Positions 11,731 to 25,350 of a DNA stretch of 64,000 nt are shown here, piece by piece. The DNA comes from Azolla caroliniana (taxonomy: Eukaryota; Plantae; Polypodiophyta). The position numbers and the translations under genes are program-made. A model generated the notes under the pieces. The model saw only the letters and a program-made list of their open reading frames with translations, searched no databases and had not been told where the DNA came from. Where the stretch lies: positions 10,292,001 to 10,356,000 of the forward strand of contig JBHGNT010000012.1 in NCBI GenBank assembly GCA_043228905.1. The letters run 5' to 3'. Every line of letters starts with the position of its first letter. Position 1 is the stretch's first letter.

Positions 11731-14700
11731 TTGCAGCCACCTTCTCAAACCGAACAAGCGCAACACTTGCTCACATTGTCTAGTAAGCCATTTACCTCTC
11801 TCGAGGATTATGTGCATCACGCTCGGACCCAGATCCAAAAATCGGGACTTACGGGTGAGAAATGGTTTGTCGCTTGTTTTTTGAATGGTATTCCCAATGG
11901 GGATTATCATTGGATTGTCCATGACAAGGACCCCACAACTTTCGAGGAAGCCGTCAACATTGTGCTGCGATACCATAGGACTTCCAAGAAAGACCACAAT
12001 AAACCTGAGTTCGCCAAAACTCTGAATGTCAAGTTCATTGGGAAACGTAAGCAATCCAGTGACACTCTTGACCGCGACTCAAAGAAACCGAACCTCTTCT
12101 GTGCATATTGCAAGAAGCGGGGCCACACAAAGGATACCTGTCGTCGTCTTGAGAGGAAGTCAATGAACACCCCTCCTCAAGACAAATCTATGAGTCACGC
12201 AGGTGAGTCTTTTGATATTGTTGAAGTTCATACCAATCACTTAAGTTTATGTGAATGCACTTTTCCTTCACATTTACTTGGACCTAATGATTTACTCCGA
12301 GCAGTCGGATATATCAATGGAACACAAGCACATTTCTTGTTTGATTCCGGTAGTTCTCACAATTTTCTTAATGATCACTTTGTGCAGCAAATGGAGCTCC
12401 ACATAAACGCAAGTGATCATATCTATCAAGTTCACATGGCAAATGGAAACGTTCAATACATCAGTGGCATTGTTTGTCAACTGCCAATTCAAATAGATAC
12501 TTATTTGGAGAAGCTTGACTTTCATGTTATGAAATTACAATCCGCAGATGTCATTTTAGGATATCCTTGGTTTTTTAATAAAAACCCTTCTTTGTCCATT
12601 GATTGGGTTAATCACTCAATCACATTTGAACTTAATAATTGTAAACATTTTATTCAATGTTCCAAACTTCCTTCTCATTCACTTGTGTCTTCTAAATCTT
12701 TAAGTGAGTATTCTAGTTCATTAATTTATTCGTGTGTAATTGATCCTGCGGTTCAATTTTATTATTTTAATATTGACGCCACACAATTACCACATTTTGA
12801 GCAACGATTACTCGACTCTATTTTAGAGGATTTTCAAGATGTGTTTCCTACGGAATTACCGCTTACTTTACCACCTAAACGTAATGTGGACCATCAAATT
12901 GAACTCATCCCTGGGGCTGCTCCTGTGAGCATTCCACCTTACCGACTTAGTCGATTAGAAGAGGATGAGATCGCTAAACAACTTAAGGAATACTTGAGTA
13001 TGGGCCACATTAGGTATAGTAAATCACCTTGGGGTGCGCCAGTTCTATTAGTCAAGAAGAAGGAAGGTTCGTGGCGAATGTGTATCAATTATCGCCGTTT
13101 GAATAAAATGACAATTAAGAATGCATATCCATTACCTCGTGCCGATGATTTGATTGATCGTTTGCACGGGGCTCGATATTTTACGAAAATTGACTTACGA
13201 ACTGGTTATCATCAGATTCGCATCGCCGAGGATGATATTCCTAAAACCGCTTTTCGTACGCGCTATGGCCATTATGAGTTTTTAGTCATGCCATTTGGGT
13301 TGACTAATGCTCCAGCCACATTCCAACAAGCGATGAATGATGTTTTCCGAGATCAACTTGGTGATTTTGTTGTCGTCTTCTTGGATGATATTTTGATATA
13401 TAGCCGTACCTTGCAAGATCATGTTCAACATGTTCGATTTGTTTTGCGAAAGTTGCGTGACAACTCTTTCTATGCAAAACATTCAAAATGTGACTTCTTC
13501 CAAAAATCTATTGTGTACCTAGGTCATTTAATTACAGAAAATGGCGTTGAAATTGAACCTTCTCGTATTGAAAAGGTTAAACTTTGGCCAATTCCTCGTA
13601 ATATTCGTGAACTTAGATCATTCTTAGGGTTTGTTGGATTTTTACGAAAATCAATTCGTAACTATTCCAAATTGACTACGCCATTAACTGACCTTTTAAA
13701 AGGTCATCCACGTAAGTCTGTCAAACCAATTTCATGGAATGAACAACTTGACAAATCATTTGAGACACTCAAGGAGCATGTGTGTCAGGCTCCCACTCTT
13801 CTATTACCAGACCCTTCTAAGCCTTTCTCAATTGAAACCGATGCTAGTGATTATGCTATTGGTGTCGTTCTTTATCAAGGTGGTCACCCTATTGCTTTTG
13901 AAAGTAAGAAGCTTGATGCTGCTCAATCTCGGTATTCGGTTCAAGAGAAAGAGTTGTTTGCGGTGATACACGCACTTAAAACATGGAGGCACTATCTCTA
14001 TGGAAATAAATTTGTGGTTACAACAGACCATCAATCATTAAAGTATTTTTGTGACCAGCCCGATCTTGTTGGTCGTAAAGGCCGTTGGGCTGACCTTATG
14101 CAAGATTTTGATTTTTCCATACGATATCGCAAGGGTTCTATGAACACCGTTGCTGATGCTCTTAGTCGCATTAAAGAAGTTAACATGCTTAGCTTCACGG
14201 AAATAAAATCTGATCTTTTAGATCACCTTCGAGGGAAATACCTTGATGACAGTTATTTCTCAAAATACTGGACGAAAGCCGAATCTGGTTTAGATGCCGA
14301 TACTAGCACCCTACCCTCGAAGGCGACCTTTCACATTACAAACGGTTTGCTCTACCGTAGTGGAAAGGTCTGTGTTCCAGATTTACCAAATGTTAAACAG
14401 AAAATTTTTCATGAATGTCATGATGCACCATCTGCTGGTCATCCTGGAATACAACGCACACTCGTTCTCATCTCGTGTACTTTTTTCTGGCCTAAGATGC
14501 GCTCTGACGTGCATAAATACGTAACTCAATGCTTACAATGTCAGATTAATAAGTCGGAACGACTTAAAGCTGCTGGTCTTTTACATCCCTTAGATATTCC
14601 CAACAATAAATGGGAAAGTATCTCGATGGATTTTATTGTTAGTTTACCTCGTACACAGAGGGGTCATGATGCCATATGGGTTGTCGTTGACAGGCTAACA

Positions 14701-15687
14701 AAATTAGCTAGATTTATTCCTACAAAAACCACGGTAACCGCTCAACAGTTGGCTTATCAATTTGTTGATGAGTTATTTCGTTTTTATGGATTACCGATGG
14801 ATATTGTTAGTGATCGAGATTCCAAGTTTACTAGTGACTTTTGGACTCAGGTCTTTAAGAAACTAGAAACTACGTTGAGCATGAGTTCCGCAGATCATCC
14901 TCAGTCTGATGGACAAACTGAACGAGTTAATCAAATTATTGAGGACATGCTTCGAGCTTATGTAGCAAAAACCCCTTCTAAGTGGGAGCAATACCTTCCT
15001 ATCTTAGAATTTGCCTATAATAGCTCTAAACATACATCCACTGGATATAGTCCTTTTATGTTGATGTATGGTTTTCAGCCACGTGCCCCAGTTGATGTCA
15101 CGATTCATCGTGATACATTTGACAATACACGCAATTTTTTGCAAGACATGAACCAAATATTGCATATTGCCAAAGAAAATGTCAAGACAACTCAAGATCG
15201 TGCTCGATTTTATGCTGATCAAGATAGACGTCCTCGTGCATTTACTATTGGTCAAAAAGTTTTTTTGCGTGTCCCGACTGATTCTACGTCATTATCTATG
15301 GGCAAGTGCGCTAAGTTAGCCCCACGATATTGTGGCCCATTTGAAATCCTTAAGCAAGTTGGGTCATCTGCTTATCACCTTGCCTTACCTCGTAACGTTG
15401 GTAATCATCCTGTTTTTCACGTCAGTCGTCTAAAACCATTTTTAGGCTCTGGTGATAACACCATCACAATCCAAGATCTTGTAACATTAGAGGATTTTTC
15501 TTACAAACCTCATGTTCCTGAACAAATTCTTGATTCTCGTACTAAACGTTTACGTTCTAAAGAGATTCGGCTATTCAAGATCAAATGGATGGATAAACCT
15601 ATTGATGATGCCACATGGGAACGCGAGCATTCGCTTAAGGCACAATTTCCTCACTTTATATTGCAAGAGTGCAATCTTTTGAAGTAG
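11731..15687 (+). CDS. Element C Gag-Pol polyprotein with C-terminal chromodomain (gag 5' end disrupted)
   Basis: [14 protein letters not shown] knuckle, FDSGSSHNF protease, FLDD RT, ETDASD RNase H, HHCC and SDRD integrase, GPF motif, PEQILDSR...KW...ATWE chromodomain. Confidence 0.93.
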   Translation: MQPPSQTEQAQHLLTLSSKPFTSLEDYVHHARTQIQKSGLTGEKWFVACFLNGIPNGDYHWIVHDKDPTTFEEAVNIVLRYHRTSKKDHNKPEFAKTLNVKFIGKRKQSSDTLDRDSKKPNLFCAYCKKRGHTKDTCRRLERKSMNTPPQDKSMSHAGESFDIVEVHTNHLSLCECTFPSHLLGPNDLLRAVGYINGTQAHFLFDSGSSHNFLNDHFVQQMELHINASDHIYQVHMANGNVQYISGIVCQLPIQIDTYLEKLDFHVMKLQSADVILGYPWFFNKNPSLSIDWVNHSITFELNNCKHFIQCSKLPSHSLVSSKSLSEYSSSLIYSCVIDPAVQFYYFNIDATQLPHFEQRLLDSILEDFQDVFPTELPLTLPPKRNVDHQIELIPGAAPVSIPPYRLSRLEEDEIAKQLKEYLSMGHIRYSKSPWGAPVLLVKKKEGSWRMCINYRRLNKMTIKNAYPLPRADDLIDRLHGARYFTKIDLRTGYHQIRIAEDDIPKTAFRTRYGHYEFLVMPFGLTNAPATFQQAMNDVFRDQLGDFVVVFLDDILIYSRTLQDHVQHVRFVLRKLRDNSFYAKHSKCDFFQKSIVYLGHLITENGVEIEPSRIEKVKLWPIPRNIRELRSFLGFVGFLRKSIRNYSKLTTPLTDLLKGHPRKSVKPISWNEQLDKSFETLKEHVCQAPTLLLPDPSKPFSIETDASDYAIGVVLYQGGHPIAFESKKLDAAQSRYSVQEKELFAVIHALKTWRHYLYGNKFVVTTDHQSLKYFCDQPDLVGRKGRWADLMQDFDFSIRYRKGSMNTVADALSRIKEVNMLSFTEIKSDLLDHLRGKYLDDSYFSKYWTKAESGLDADTSTLPSKATFHITNGLLYRSGKVCVPDLPNVKQKIFHECHDAPSAGHPGIQRTLVLISCTFFWPKMRSDVHKYVTQCLQCQINKSERLKAAGLLHPLDIPNNKWESISMDFIVSLPRTQRGHDAIWVVVDRLTKLARFIPTKTTVTAQQLAYQFVDELFRFYGLPMDIVSDRDSKFTSDFWTQVFKKLETTLSMSSADHPQSDGQTERVNQIIEDMLRAYVAKTPSKWEQYLPILEFAYNSSKHTSTGYSPFMLMYGFQPRAPVDVTIHRDTFDNTRNFLQDMNQILHIAKENVKTTQDRARFYADQDRRPRAFTIGQKVFLRVPTDSTSLSMGKCAKLAPRYCGPFEILKQVGSSAYHLALPRNVGNHPVFHVSRLKPFLGSGDNTITIQDLVTLEDFSYKPHVPEQILDSRTKRLRSKEIRLFKIKWMDKPIDDATWEREHSLKAQFPHFILQECNLLK

Positions 15688-15694
15688 GGGAGTA

Positions 15695-16168
15695 TGTTAT
15701 GTACACATAACGTTGGTGAGGGTAGGTCACTAATATTTACATTAGTGAAGGGTATGTTCACTATTATTAAAAAGGGGACTAATGATTGGATAGAATGAAT
15801 GATATGTGCATGCACTATCATGATTTAGACAACCAATGAATAGAGAGCCTTTTAGAAAGGCACATCTATTCAAGGGGCCTAGGAAAAGGTATAAATATGA
15901 GGCTTAGCTACCCTCATAAGGATCATCACGTCGGAAGGCTGCTGGCGTAGACACCGGTGGTGCGGGCTAGGCTTTCGTCTCGACGATCGTGTTTATCTCT
16001 TCCAAGGTATTAGTCATCCTAATATCCGGCGGTATGGGACGTCGGTGGTAGGTTGGCTATGTCTAGATCATAGCTCGGGGGTGGTCGGGTGGAACGGGTT
16101 CTTCTATCCAATCTATTTTCTTCCTTTTTACTTGATTTGGTCTATTGATTAGTAATAGACTCTTAACA
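15695..16168 (+). repeat. 3' LTR of element C
   Basis: Matches 9371-9844; preceded by the PPT and followed by TSD GCCCG. Confidence 0.97.
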
Positions 16169-16507
16169 GCCCGGGGTGTCGTTGTTGCTACGGTAGTTCG
16201 TATGCACGTTGTATCCCCCTTCGGAATCCGATTCATACGCTGAAAAGGCTTCTGCTTCGCCTTCTCCGCTTGCCAACGCCTGGAGAAGGGATTCGGTTTC
16301 CCGGAGGCTGCTTAGGCTGTTGTCGTCGTCCGGGTGCGATGTTTGCTGTAACCAGAGGGACTCCTCTGCTACTCTCCGGATTACGTTGGAAAACGAGCGA
16401 TCCGTTCTAATTTCCTGCACCGCTTGCTGGAAAGCCTCACGTCTCCTTTGCCTTTCAGCAAGGCGTTGAGTTTGATCTGTAACCAGGTTGTGCGTTGATC
16501 TAGTCAT
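16169..16507 (-). pseudogene. Element B Gag N-terminus
   Basis: ATG just downstream of the PBS (MTRSTHN...); similar to the element E leader near 51860; joins 9370 once C is removed. Confidence 0.75.
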
Positions 16508-16560
16508 CCATTCATGCCGTCGTTCGCTACAAAAACAGGAATCGTGGTCGCCAAAAACTG

Positions 16561-16995
16561 TGTTAACTCTTAGGGCCGGACAATGGCCTAACGTAGGGTG
16601 TCTACGAAAGACACTTCACCAAAGGGGTGTTACGGCAAGAGGATTAGGCTCAACGATTAATCCGACTTAATTAGGTTACTTAGCAAGATCGTCCTTAATA
16701 ATCACACGCGTAAGATATAACAATGAATGCAGAATGGCAATTAACACAGAGAGATAAAAACACTAAGCTTCATTAATTATCCGCTCCACATTACATTGTA
16801 TCCGGGCCTTTAAATAGGTTTCCGGTTTGTATTACAAAACGGTGCCATTCGCACCTGTTCGGGATCGGTCCGGATCCGGAACGGCATACCGATTCCGGTC
16901 CGTCCGTCCACACTAATAGCTCACTTACAACCATTCCTTAATAATTAAATAACTCCTTTGTTTCACACTCTGGACTCCTTTGCCGGCCGGTAACA
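16561..16995 (-). repeat. 5' LTR of element B (435 bp)
   Basis: TGTTA...TAACA termini next to the PBS; shares blocks with element E LTRs (CACTTCACCAAAGGG, CGGCATACCGATTCC). Confidence 0.88.
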
Positions 16996-17890
16996 GGCGA
17001 CTGAGACTTGGAGTGGATGGCGATGGACAAGATCGGATCGGGATCGGATTGAACCGGTCGGGACAAACGAGACCGGACAGACGGATCGATCGGTTGATCG
17101 CGGTGCATGGTGTTTTGAAGATTTTCGGTGTAAATACAAGACCAAAAGCCTAGTAGTATTTTATTTTTTAAAAGGGATGTGAGCAAGGCTTGAAACTTGC
17201 ACCTCTAAGATAGGAAGCAATATACTTGCCACTAAGCCAACTCATTTCCTTAAAAGCTATATTTTTATCATTATACTTTTACATGTAAATTCTCATACAT
17301 GAGAGCTTAGATGATGATATGGCAAGCATGCATTACATGCATTACATGCATTTCATGCATTACGTGCATGTCTTGCACCCTCACATGCACCATATGCGTG
17401 GGGGCATCTATAAAAGAGTGGAGGAATCAAGCAAATGAAACTAATGAAAAATTTGGGGAAAAATAAGAAACTTGTAATCCCATTGTTGATATATCTTCTC
17501 TCTTATCATTATACTTTTACATGTAAATTCTCATACATGAGAGCTTAGATGATGACATGGCAAGCATGCATTACATGCATGTCTTGCACCCTCACATGCA
17601 CCATATGCGTGGGGGCATCTATAAAAAAGTGGAGGAATCAAGCAAATGAAACTAATGAAAAATTTGGGGAAAAATAAGAAATTTGTAATCCCATTGTTGA
17701 TGTATCTTCTCTCTTAAATCTAAAAGTTAAAAGTTCAATCTTTATCTCAATATCTCTCTTTCGTCATATCAATCTCTCTCAATCTATCTGAAATACTTTC
17801 TCGCTAAAGTTAGTGCAAACTTCAAATCCTTCCGGTCAAGGACCTAGGTGGTTCCATCTCACGATCCGCACGTAGTGACGGATCTTCACA
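16996..17890 (+). repeat. Older LTR remnant related to LTR A, with an internal ~235-bp duplication
   Basis: Ends ...GATCTTCACA; CTATAAAA boxes in direct repeats starting near 17265 and 17503; 3' motif ACGATCCG shared with LTR A. Left boundary uncertain. Confidence 0.6.
17180..17245 (-). other. Degenerate tRNA-like cassette in the LTR remnant
   Basis: Minus strand reads TGGCTTAGTGG (A-box), 34 nt, then TTCAAGCC; GAGGTGCAAGTTTCAAGCCTTGC aligns without gaps to the LTR A cassette. Confidence 0.55.
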
Positions 17891-17934
17891 ACAACGTGGG
17901 CCATCTCTAGTTGAGTATTCTGGCTTAGATTACT

Positions 17935-18835
17935 ACCACTGTTGTTAAACCCTATTGAGTCCACTCCTCCATTACCGCCATTCTACACTCAATTATCGGC
18001 ACTGTGGTCCAAGTATCATCTACCATTGTTCGATCCAACGGAGTTCACTCCTCCATTGCCGCCATTCTACACTCAATTGTCGCCAATGTTCAGTCCAAGC
18101 ATCATCTGCCAAGTTCACTCCTCCATTGCCGCCACTCTACACTCAGTTGTCGCTACTATGCAGGTTGTATATTGCTGCCACTTTTTGATTTGACGGAGTT
18201 AACTCCTTCTCCACTGCCGTCATTCTACTCTCAGTTGTCGTCATTGTGCGTTCCAAGCATCATCTGCCACTGTTCGATCTGACGGAGTTCACTCCTCCAT
18301 TGCCATCATTCTACACTGAGATGCCACTACTATTCGGTTTGGGATTCCTGCCACTGTTCGATTTGACGGAGTTCACTCATCCATTGCCATCATTCTATAC
18401 TTAGTTGTCGCTACTATTCGGTCGTGTATTGCTACCACTTTTCGATTCGAGGGAGTTCACTCCTTCTCCACTGCCGCCATTGTACTCTCAGTTGCCGTCA
18501 CTGTGCGTTCCAAGCATCAACTGCCACTGTTCGATCGGACGGAGTTCACTCCTCCATTGCCATCATTCTACACTCAGTTGCCCCAACTATTCGGTCCTGG
18601 ACTGCTGCCACTTTTCGATTTGACGGAGTTCACTCATCCATTGCCATCATTCTACACTCAGTTGCCGCTACTGTTCGGTCATGCATTGCTGCCACTTTTG
18701 CATCCGAAGGAGTTCACTCCTTCTCCATTGCTGCCATTCTACTCTCAGTTGCCGTCACTCCTCCACTGCCGCGATTCTACACTCAGTTGCTACCACTATT
18801 CGGCCCTGGATTACCACCATTGTTCGGTCTTGGAT
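17935..18835. repeat. Tandem array of ~80-bp units (about 11 copies) upstream of the transposase
   Basis: Recurrent GGAGTTCACTCCTCCATTGCCrCCATTCTACACTCAGTTG...CTGCCACTkTTCGAT. Confidence 0.92.
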
Positions 18836-18965
18836 TTGAATAATTATTATGTCTATTGATTATCTTGTGTGTTGTGGAATATTTTTTTGTATTGTTGTTG
18901 CCCATAGCCATCTTTAATAAGTGTCTTTTTTTTGGGAAAATTAGGGTTTAAACCCATCAAGACAA

Positions 18966-20640
18966 ATGGAAGGGGAAGGAGGGTGTTTAGAATTACCCCT
19001 CAATGATCATGAGGATAGGGATGACGCTATCAGGACACAACAAGCGATACAAAAGTATTGGGTAGAAAAAAAAAGAAAATATTGTCAATTGTTGAAGGAT
19101 ACGAAAGCCACACTCACTAAAGGTAAAAATAGCATTGGTTGCGATATAGGTCTAAATATCACTGAGAATGGAAGTAATGAGACTACTATCATAGAGAGAA
19201 AGGTTGTAGACTATTTCAATGTTCAAACCAAGCACATCAGCAATGAAGACAAGAAGGTAGTGCTTTATGGAATATTAAATGACCCATCGATAAAGGAGTT
19301 AGTTGATTGTGATGGTCCTAATGCAAACATAACATATGTACTAGTAAATAATCTCCGTAATAGTTTCATATCCATGAGCAGGTCAGAAGATGATATTGTC
19401 TTAAAAAGGTCTAGTCTAATGACATTACTTAATAGTGATGTTGACGATAGTAACATCAATGTGTTATGTAAGGTAATTGGTGTTAGTAGAAAAAGTGTGT
19501 ACAATACATTGAACCAGATAGTTTCCTCGGGTGAAGGAACTAGTCTACTAAAGCTAACAACAAGATGCAAGTGAATGACACCCATAACATCAGAAATCAA
19601 GGATATAATCACAATATTTTGGACTAATGAGAGTAGGTTTTTACCGAATAAGAAGCATTTATGTAGGAAACGTGTTGGAAGGAGTCAATACAAGGAGCAT
19701 CCCATTCATCTTCTTGATGTACCTCAAGTATTTATATTTATCTCAACATTTGTTTTGACTTTTGAGCTTAGTTAGTTAGCTTATTAGCTACCTCCGAATA
19801 AGACTTGCATATCTGATTTTCCAAATGATGTAGTAGTCTCAGTAGTAGATTTCGCAGAGAATTATACTTTCAAGCAGTAGAATGAAATTCAATCTATGCA
19901 TTGATGTTCAGCGCACATAACCATTTTTGTGCACATAACATATTTTCAAGTTTCAAGTGATGTTAAAAGAGTAATTCATTTTTTTATTTCTAATGATAAG
20001 AAGCATGATACCTTGCTCGTCCAACATTGTTTTAACTTACATTGGCAATGGTTATTAGCTAAACGTTTGGAGCTTACTCAACATTGGGTCTGGTCTGATG
20101 GAGTTGGCGTCACAATTCAAGGCTAGATTTCCATTTTATTTTGTGGGGAGGTATCCTGCTATAACAGGTTTGGAGATGAGATGGAATTTTTTTGGGTCTA
20201 GCCATGGTAAAGGTGAACATGAGGGTGCAGGTGGTGTTATAAAGCAAGCACTTACCCATGAACAACTAAAGGCAGATGGTGTGCAGATGAATTTTGTGGC
20301 ACATCTAGTTGAATTTTTAAGAGCTAATATGTTAACGAGTGCGACTGGTGTTTATTTCTAGCAAGTTCGAGATATCAAACGTGAATTTTGGGAAGTGAAG
20401 ATAGATGAAGTAAATAGGGAGAAGACTTGAGTGCCAAGGAATTCCTGAATTACGATCTCTCCATGTTGTTCGCGGTTATTCTAGGTTGGATGGTCATTGT
20501 ATTGCGGTTAGAGAATTAACTTGTTTTTGCTTCCATTGTGTGCAGGGAAATTAGAGGTATCGTTTAAACAAAGCATATATTCAGAATTGGGAGTATCATA
20601 CATTGAACGATAAGGAAGCAGTTGATGGAGAATAAAAAAT
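18966..20640 (+). pseudogene. Decayed DNA-transposon transposase, probably Sola2-like
   Basis: Motifs across stops and frameshifts: VDFAENY, EIQSMH, FFISNDKKHD, VWSDG..QFK, WNFFGSSHGKGEHEGAGG, LTCFCFHC. Family assignment is from recalled motif pattern. Confidence 0.7.
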
Positions 20641-21339
20641 GAAGAATATATTAGAATATATTAGATGCTTGGGGAAATGTTTTATCTACCGGGACATTCT
20701 ACATCGAAGGTATTTTTTATGCAAGTCTAGATTATTACGATTATGTGTATAGGCTATTAGAAAACAAACCAATGGCGTACATGTACTCTCATTTAGTTAG
20801 GTGCATCAATGCCCCAATGTCGCAATACAATAGGTGCTCAGGTTTATACACAATTAGTGCTTTATGTGTATGAATGTATTTACAACAGTATGCCATGGAA
20901 TTTGTAGCTACATGTAGCAATTACCAGTTTTCTTGTAAAACAAACAAAGCACATTTATTGAAAATAAACAGTTTAATGGACCTGTTTGGGAGTTTTTTTT
21001 TTATATACAGTCTACTTTTTGTGCTTCTTTCTCAATAAAATCGTGTGTCTTTTTTATATACAGTCTTCTTTCTAATATACAGTTTAATAATATCGTTTAG
21101 GGTTCTTCTTTCTGAGATACAAATTTACTCAAGTGAACCATGTACAAGTTAAAATAGTTTGCATAATTTTAAGAAAAAGCACTATCATGAAATCAGCAAT
21201 CCGGAACATACTCTTAAAATTACACATTGGATAAGTTACTCAAAACAAGCAATTTAATTCTTCATTGATTAATCAGTCATCAAATTACATATTTATAACA
21301 TCCCATTGCCAATGTCTTCAAATCACCTATAAACAGCTA

Positions 21340-24300
21340 AGCTCTTACTGGTCAGTGGAATTTCTCTAAATATATGATCTGCATATCGAGCTCGATATGG
21401 AGTCCACAACCATGTAGCTAGTTGGCAACTCAATGTTTTCACCAAGTATTGTTCAGGCATTTCATCAGGTAGAATGAGACAGCATCAACGAATGTTGAAG
21501 TAATGTCGGAAATGTTCTGTATCCAAAATCAACGTATTGTCGGCATTATAATCTGGCCAAGTGGCCCAAAAATCAGAAAGTCTTTTGAATCTTGCAACAT
21601 CCTTCTACTCAGAATTCTCTCGTGTCCACTGACCCTTGAAATGTTGTCGCCACTTCGGGAAGAATCTTTCTACACACTTCCACACATCTATACATAGTTT
21701 TTCACTCCAAATAAACAAATCAAAGTATTGCACAGCCCACTCCAGAAATTGATTTGTGTCCCTCCTTGGTGTCATATATCGCACACTCATCAGGACTTTA
21801 TCAAGCTCTAAGATCAAGGCTCTTCTTTCGACTTCTAATTGTTTAGGTTTCCATTCCTGTAATTGAGCCTCTGTTACACCAATTACTGGTAGCACACAAT
21901 CAATTTCAATAAACTCAAGTTCTGTCAGCATAATTGGTTTCCTTTTCCTCTTCAAACCCCTGGTCGACTGTGTTGGGCCTGGCTTCACATTCTGGTGCTC
22001 TTGTGTTGTCGACTTTATCATTGGCTCGGTGCATGTAGATACTGATCTAGTCAATATTAGCCCACTGATATCACATGTTGCATCTATCTACAAAATCAGA
22101 TCATCTGTGCAACATGCTTGATCAACTTGCGTGACCAGATCATTTGTGTCAATTGCTACATCTACTTTCAAGATGTGACCTTCTAAACACACAGCAACAT
22201 CAACAGTTTCCACACTACCATCAGCCTTAGGAGCCATAGATTCAAACCCTTTAGACTCTGCAAAATCAGAAAACACCAACATATTCACACTCACAAAGTA
22301 ACTAGCAGTCTTACAAAACAACATAATGAACATCAAATATTTTCCATCATAGAACAATATGAACATAATTATCTTGGAGAAACATCATAGAGTTCCATTA
22401 CATAATGTGGATTAAGCAACAACCAATCTGAGGTTTTACTTCTCCAAATAGATCATAGTAAAATTTCATAAAACCCTAGGAAAATTGCTAACAATCATAT
22501 CCCACTAATAAGTACTTTGCTCCAATTCAAGAGCCCCTTGACCGAGTAACTGGTCTTGTCCCCGATCGTGGCCCCTTCTTCAGCCTTTTTCTAGCCGGTT
22601 GCCCATTTAGCCTTGCTTCTTTGACCCATTGCGCAAGTGTGTCCTCCTCCGACAACCTTTCCATCACCTTAGCAACGGCTTGCACGTCAGCCCCGTCTTT
22701 CGCTAGCTTTTCCAATACAGTGGGATCTGTTTGGACATTATTAGTAGTTGGGCTCAGTGGGGTGGAATCAAGGTTTTGGGATTCAAAGAAATGTTGCATC
22801 AAGTGTTCAAAAACACTATTGTTATGAACCTCAGATTTACATGTTGTTTCAATATTTCATTGCTTTTCACATTGTTTCCTAATTCAGTACCATCTTCCAA
22901 AAGAATAGGGTGGAGCTGATCTGAAGGAGATGTGATAGGAGGACTCTTACTTTCAGCCACATTGGCAACTATCTCCTCATTGGTTGCAACGTCATCAGCA
23001 CTAGACACCTCATGTGCCCTCCTTAATCCACAAGATTCTACAAGAACATGATTGCTATTTAGCTACATCTTAGCTAACTAGCTATTCTTCTAGACTATGA
23101 CAGTAGCAAATTAGCTACCACTGAGCTAATTAGCTACTTCACTTAGGTATGGTACTAGCTAATTAGCAACCACTTAGCTTATTAGCTACTCTTTGTCAAT
23201 ATGGTAGAAACTAATTAGCTACTCTACTAAAGTATGGTAGTAGCTAATTAGCTACCAGTTAGCTAATTACCTACTCAACTAAAGTATGGTACTAGCTAAT
23301 TAGCCACTATAACTAAAGTATGGTACTAGATAATGAGCTACCACTTAGCTAATTAGCTATTGTACTAAACTATGGTAGTAGCTAATTAGCTACCACTTAG
23401 CTAATTAGCTATTGTACTAAACTATGGTAGTAGCTAATTAGCTTCCACTTAGCTAATTAGCTATTGTACTAAACTATGGTAGTAACTAATTAGCTACCCC
23501 TTAGCTAATTAGCTCTTGTACCAAACTATGGTAGTAGCTAATTAGCTTCCACTTAGCTAATTATCTACTCAATTGAAGTATGGTAGTAGCTAATTAGCTA
23601 CTGTACTAAACTATGGTAGTAGCTAATTAGCTACCACTTACCTAATTAGCTATTGTACTAAACTATGGTAAGTAGCTAATTAGCCTCTATATTGAACTAT
23701 GGTAGTAGCTAATTAGCTACCACTTAGCTACTTAGTTACTCAACTAAACTATGGTAGTAGCTAATTAGCTACCACCTAGCTAATTAGCTACTCTACTAAA
23801 CTATGGTAGTAGCAAATTGGCTACCACTTAGCTAATTAGCTACTCAGCTAAAGTATGGTAGTAGCTAATTAGCTACCACTTAGCTAATTAACTACATGTT
23901 AGCAAATTAGCTACTACACTACAACCATAACAGCTAAATAGTTTCCACACTTTATACGGCTTACCTAATTAGCATAGATGGAACTAATTAGCTACACTAT
24001 GGTCATAAGCATCAATTTTACCTGTTAGTTTTCCCCACTCATCTAGGAGAGTTGTACTACAATCCCCCAAACAGAATGCAGCAATGCGACAGGCATATTG
24101 AAAACAAACGATATGGTATGTGTGCTGGCATGGTTGTAGGTGAACCAAGAGAGTAGTAGATTTGTCCTCTACACGTAATCCACAAACGATGCAACGTGCT
24201 TGAACAGTCAATATATCGTTTCCTAGTTCTCCTTCATTCGGTAAGGGAGCAAGAATGTTCAAGTCCAATTCTTGTCTACTCCTTACCATCCCCTCCGCAA

Positions 24301-25350
24301 AATGTAGTTGCTTCTTAAGGCAGCTAACTACCTGTTCTTGACGGGAGTATTGTTCCTTCAACGTAGCCGAGAAATTTACCGATTAATTATTCCTTAATGA
24401 GGAAGATACAACAACAAGAAACAAGAATCATTAACTTACTTGTAGCTTGTCCAAATTGTAATCTGCGACAGTATTTACACCTAGAAGGTATAGGTTCATT
24501 GAAAGAACCTAGATCTATGTCTGCAGTTGAATTTTCCGTTGGGGATCCAATGACCCCTCAATTTCAAGATCATGTTGAGCAACCTGTTCCAGATAATGCC
24601 TCAATAGCACATTTTCATGTACAAGTTATTTATAACATATTACATACTAGCAAAACAATAGGTACCTGAATCTTATTTCGGATTGTTGTAACTGCCAAAG
24701 TGACTTTGCTCTCCATCGCAGCAGCCAATGTTGCTTTCTCTAAATCAGTCTTAAAAAACACCAACGACTCGCAGGCTTCATGGACATTTTTTAGCATATA
24801 GCCAATCAATGTCTCACATGTATCATCGACATTAGCTTTCATTGTGTGTCGGTGTGGTGTATACTTGTAGGTTTGTTGGGAGTCGGCAATTGCATCATCA
24901 ACTGCCATGGTCCAAAATCTTGCCATTTTTTGTTGCAAGCTCCCCATCTTCCGACATCTTTCTACCAATGCCTCACCAAAACATTGCCCAAGCTACCTTG
25001 TACATTTTAGGGTCACGAGATTCCTTCAATGTTTTCCAATACTCATATGCAAAAGCTCTGGCAAATGAAACAGACAACTCGTTGTTGACTGGGATCTCCT
25101 AATGTACTTTCTGGTGCAGCCTCATGCAGTCGTTGTACAGGTCCGGTCGTACATGCTTGAGCTTGACCTTGCCTTTCACTCTAGGCACTTTATATACTGA
25201 CATCCAGTCTACATCACTAATCAATCAATCTGTTAGAACAACAGGGTCAATACCCTCGAGCGACAGACCATAGATGTTGTAAAAGTCCTCCTTTGTCTCG
25301 CAAAAAATTGCGAAGGTCAGCACTCTAGGATAGGGAGGAACGAACCACCT
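21340..25350 (-). pseudogene. Spliced cargo gene with RING finger and FCP1/NIF (HAD) phosphatase-like domain
   Basis: RING CIVC...PCQHTYHIVC...CLGDC (24361-23984); NIF-like ALILELDKVL...FLEWAVQYFDLFIWS...YNADNTLILD (about 21830-21500); splice sites near 25349, 24665, 24440 and 23963; in-frame stops. Confidence 0.6.
23050..23940. repeat. Palindrome-rich satellite (TAGCTAATTAGCTA), ~55-bp higher-order unit
   Basis: Repeated CTAAACTATGGTAGTAGCTAATTAGCTACCACTTAGCTAATTAGCTA; lies in a putative intron of the cargo gene. Confidence 0.92.

Larger units (their letters stand above)
9371..16168 (+). mobile_element. Full-length chromovirus (Ty3/gypsy) element C, very recent insertion
   Basis: 474-bp LTRs 9371-9844 and 15695-16168, identical by eye; TSD GCCCG (9366-9370 / 16169-16173); PBS TGGTATCAGAGC 9846-9857; PPT GAAGTAGGGGAGTA 15681-15694. 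Confidence 0.97.
5069..16995 (-). mobile_element. Non-chromoviral Ty3/gypsy element B (Arg-type PBS), split by C and cut by A
   Basis: 5' LTR 16561-16995; PBS TGGCGACCACG at 16553-16543; gag starts at 16507; pol fragments run down to 5069. Confidence 0.9.

Noticed and set aside
17935-18835. Repeat array as a CRISPR locus or coding ORFs
   Set aside because: The variable parts are homologous to each other, there are no cas genes, the context is eukaryotic, and the ORFs are repeat translations.
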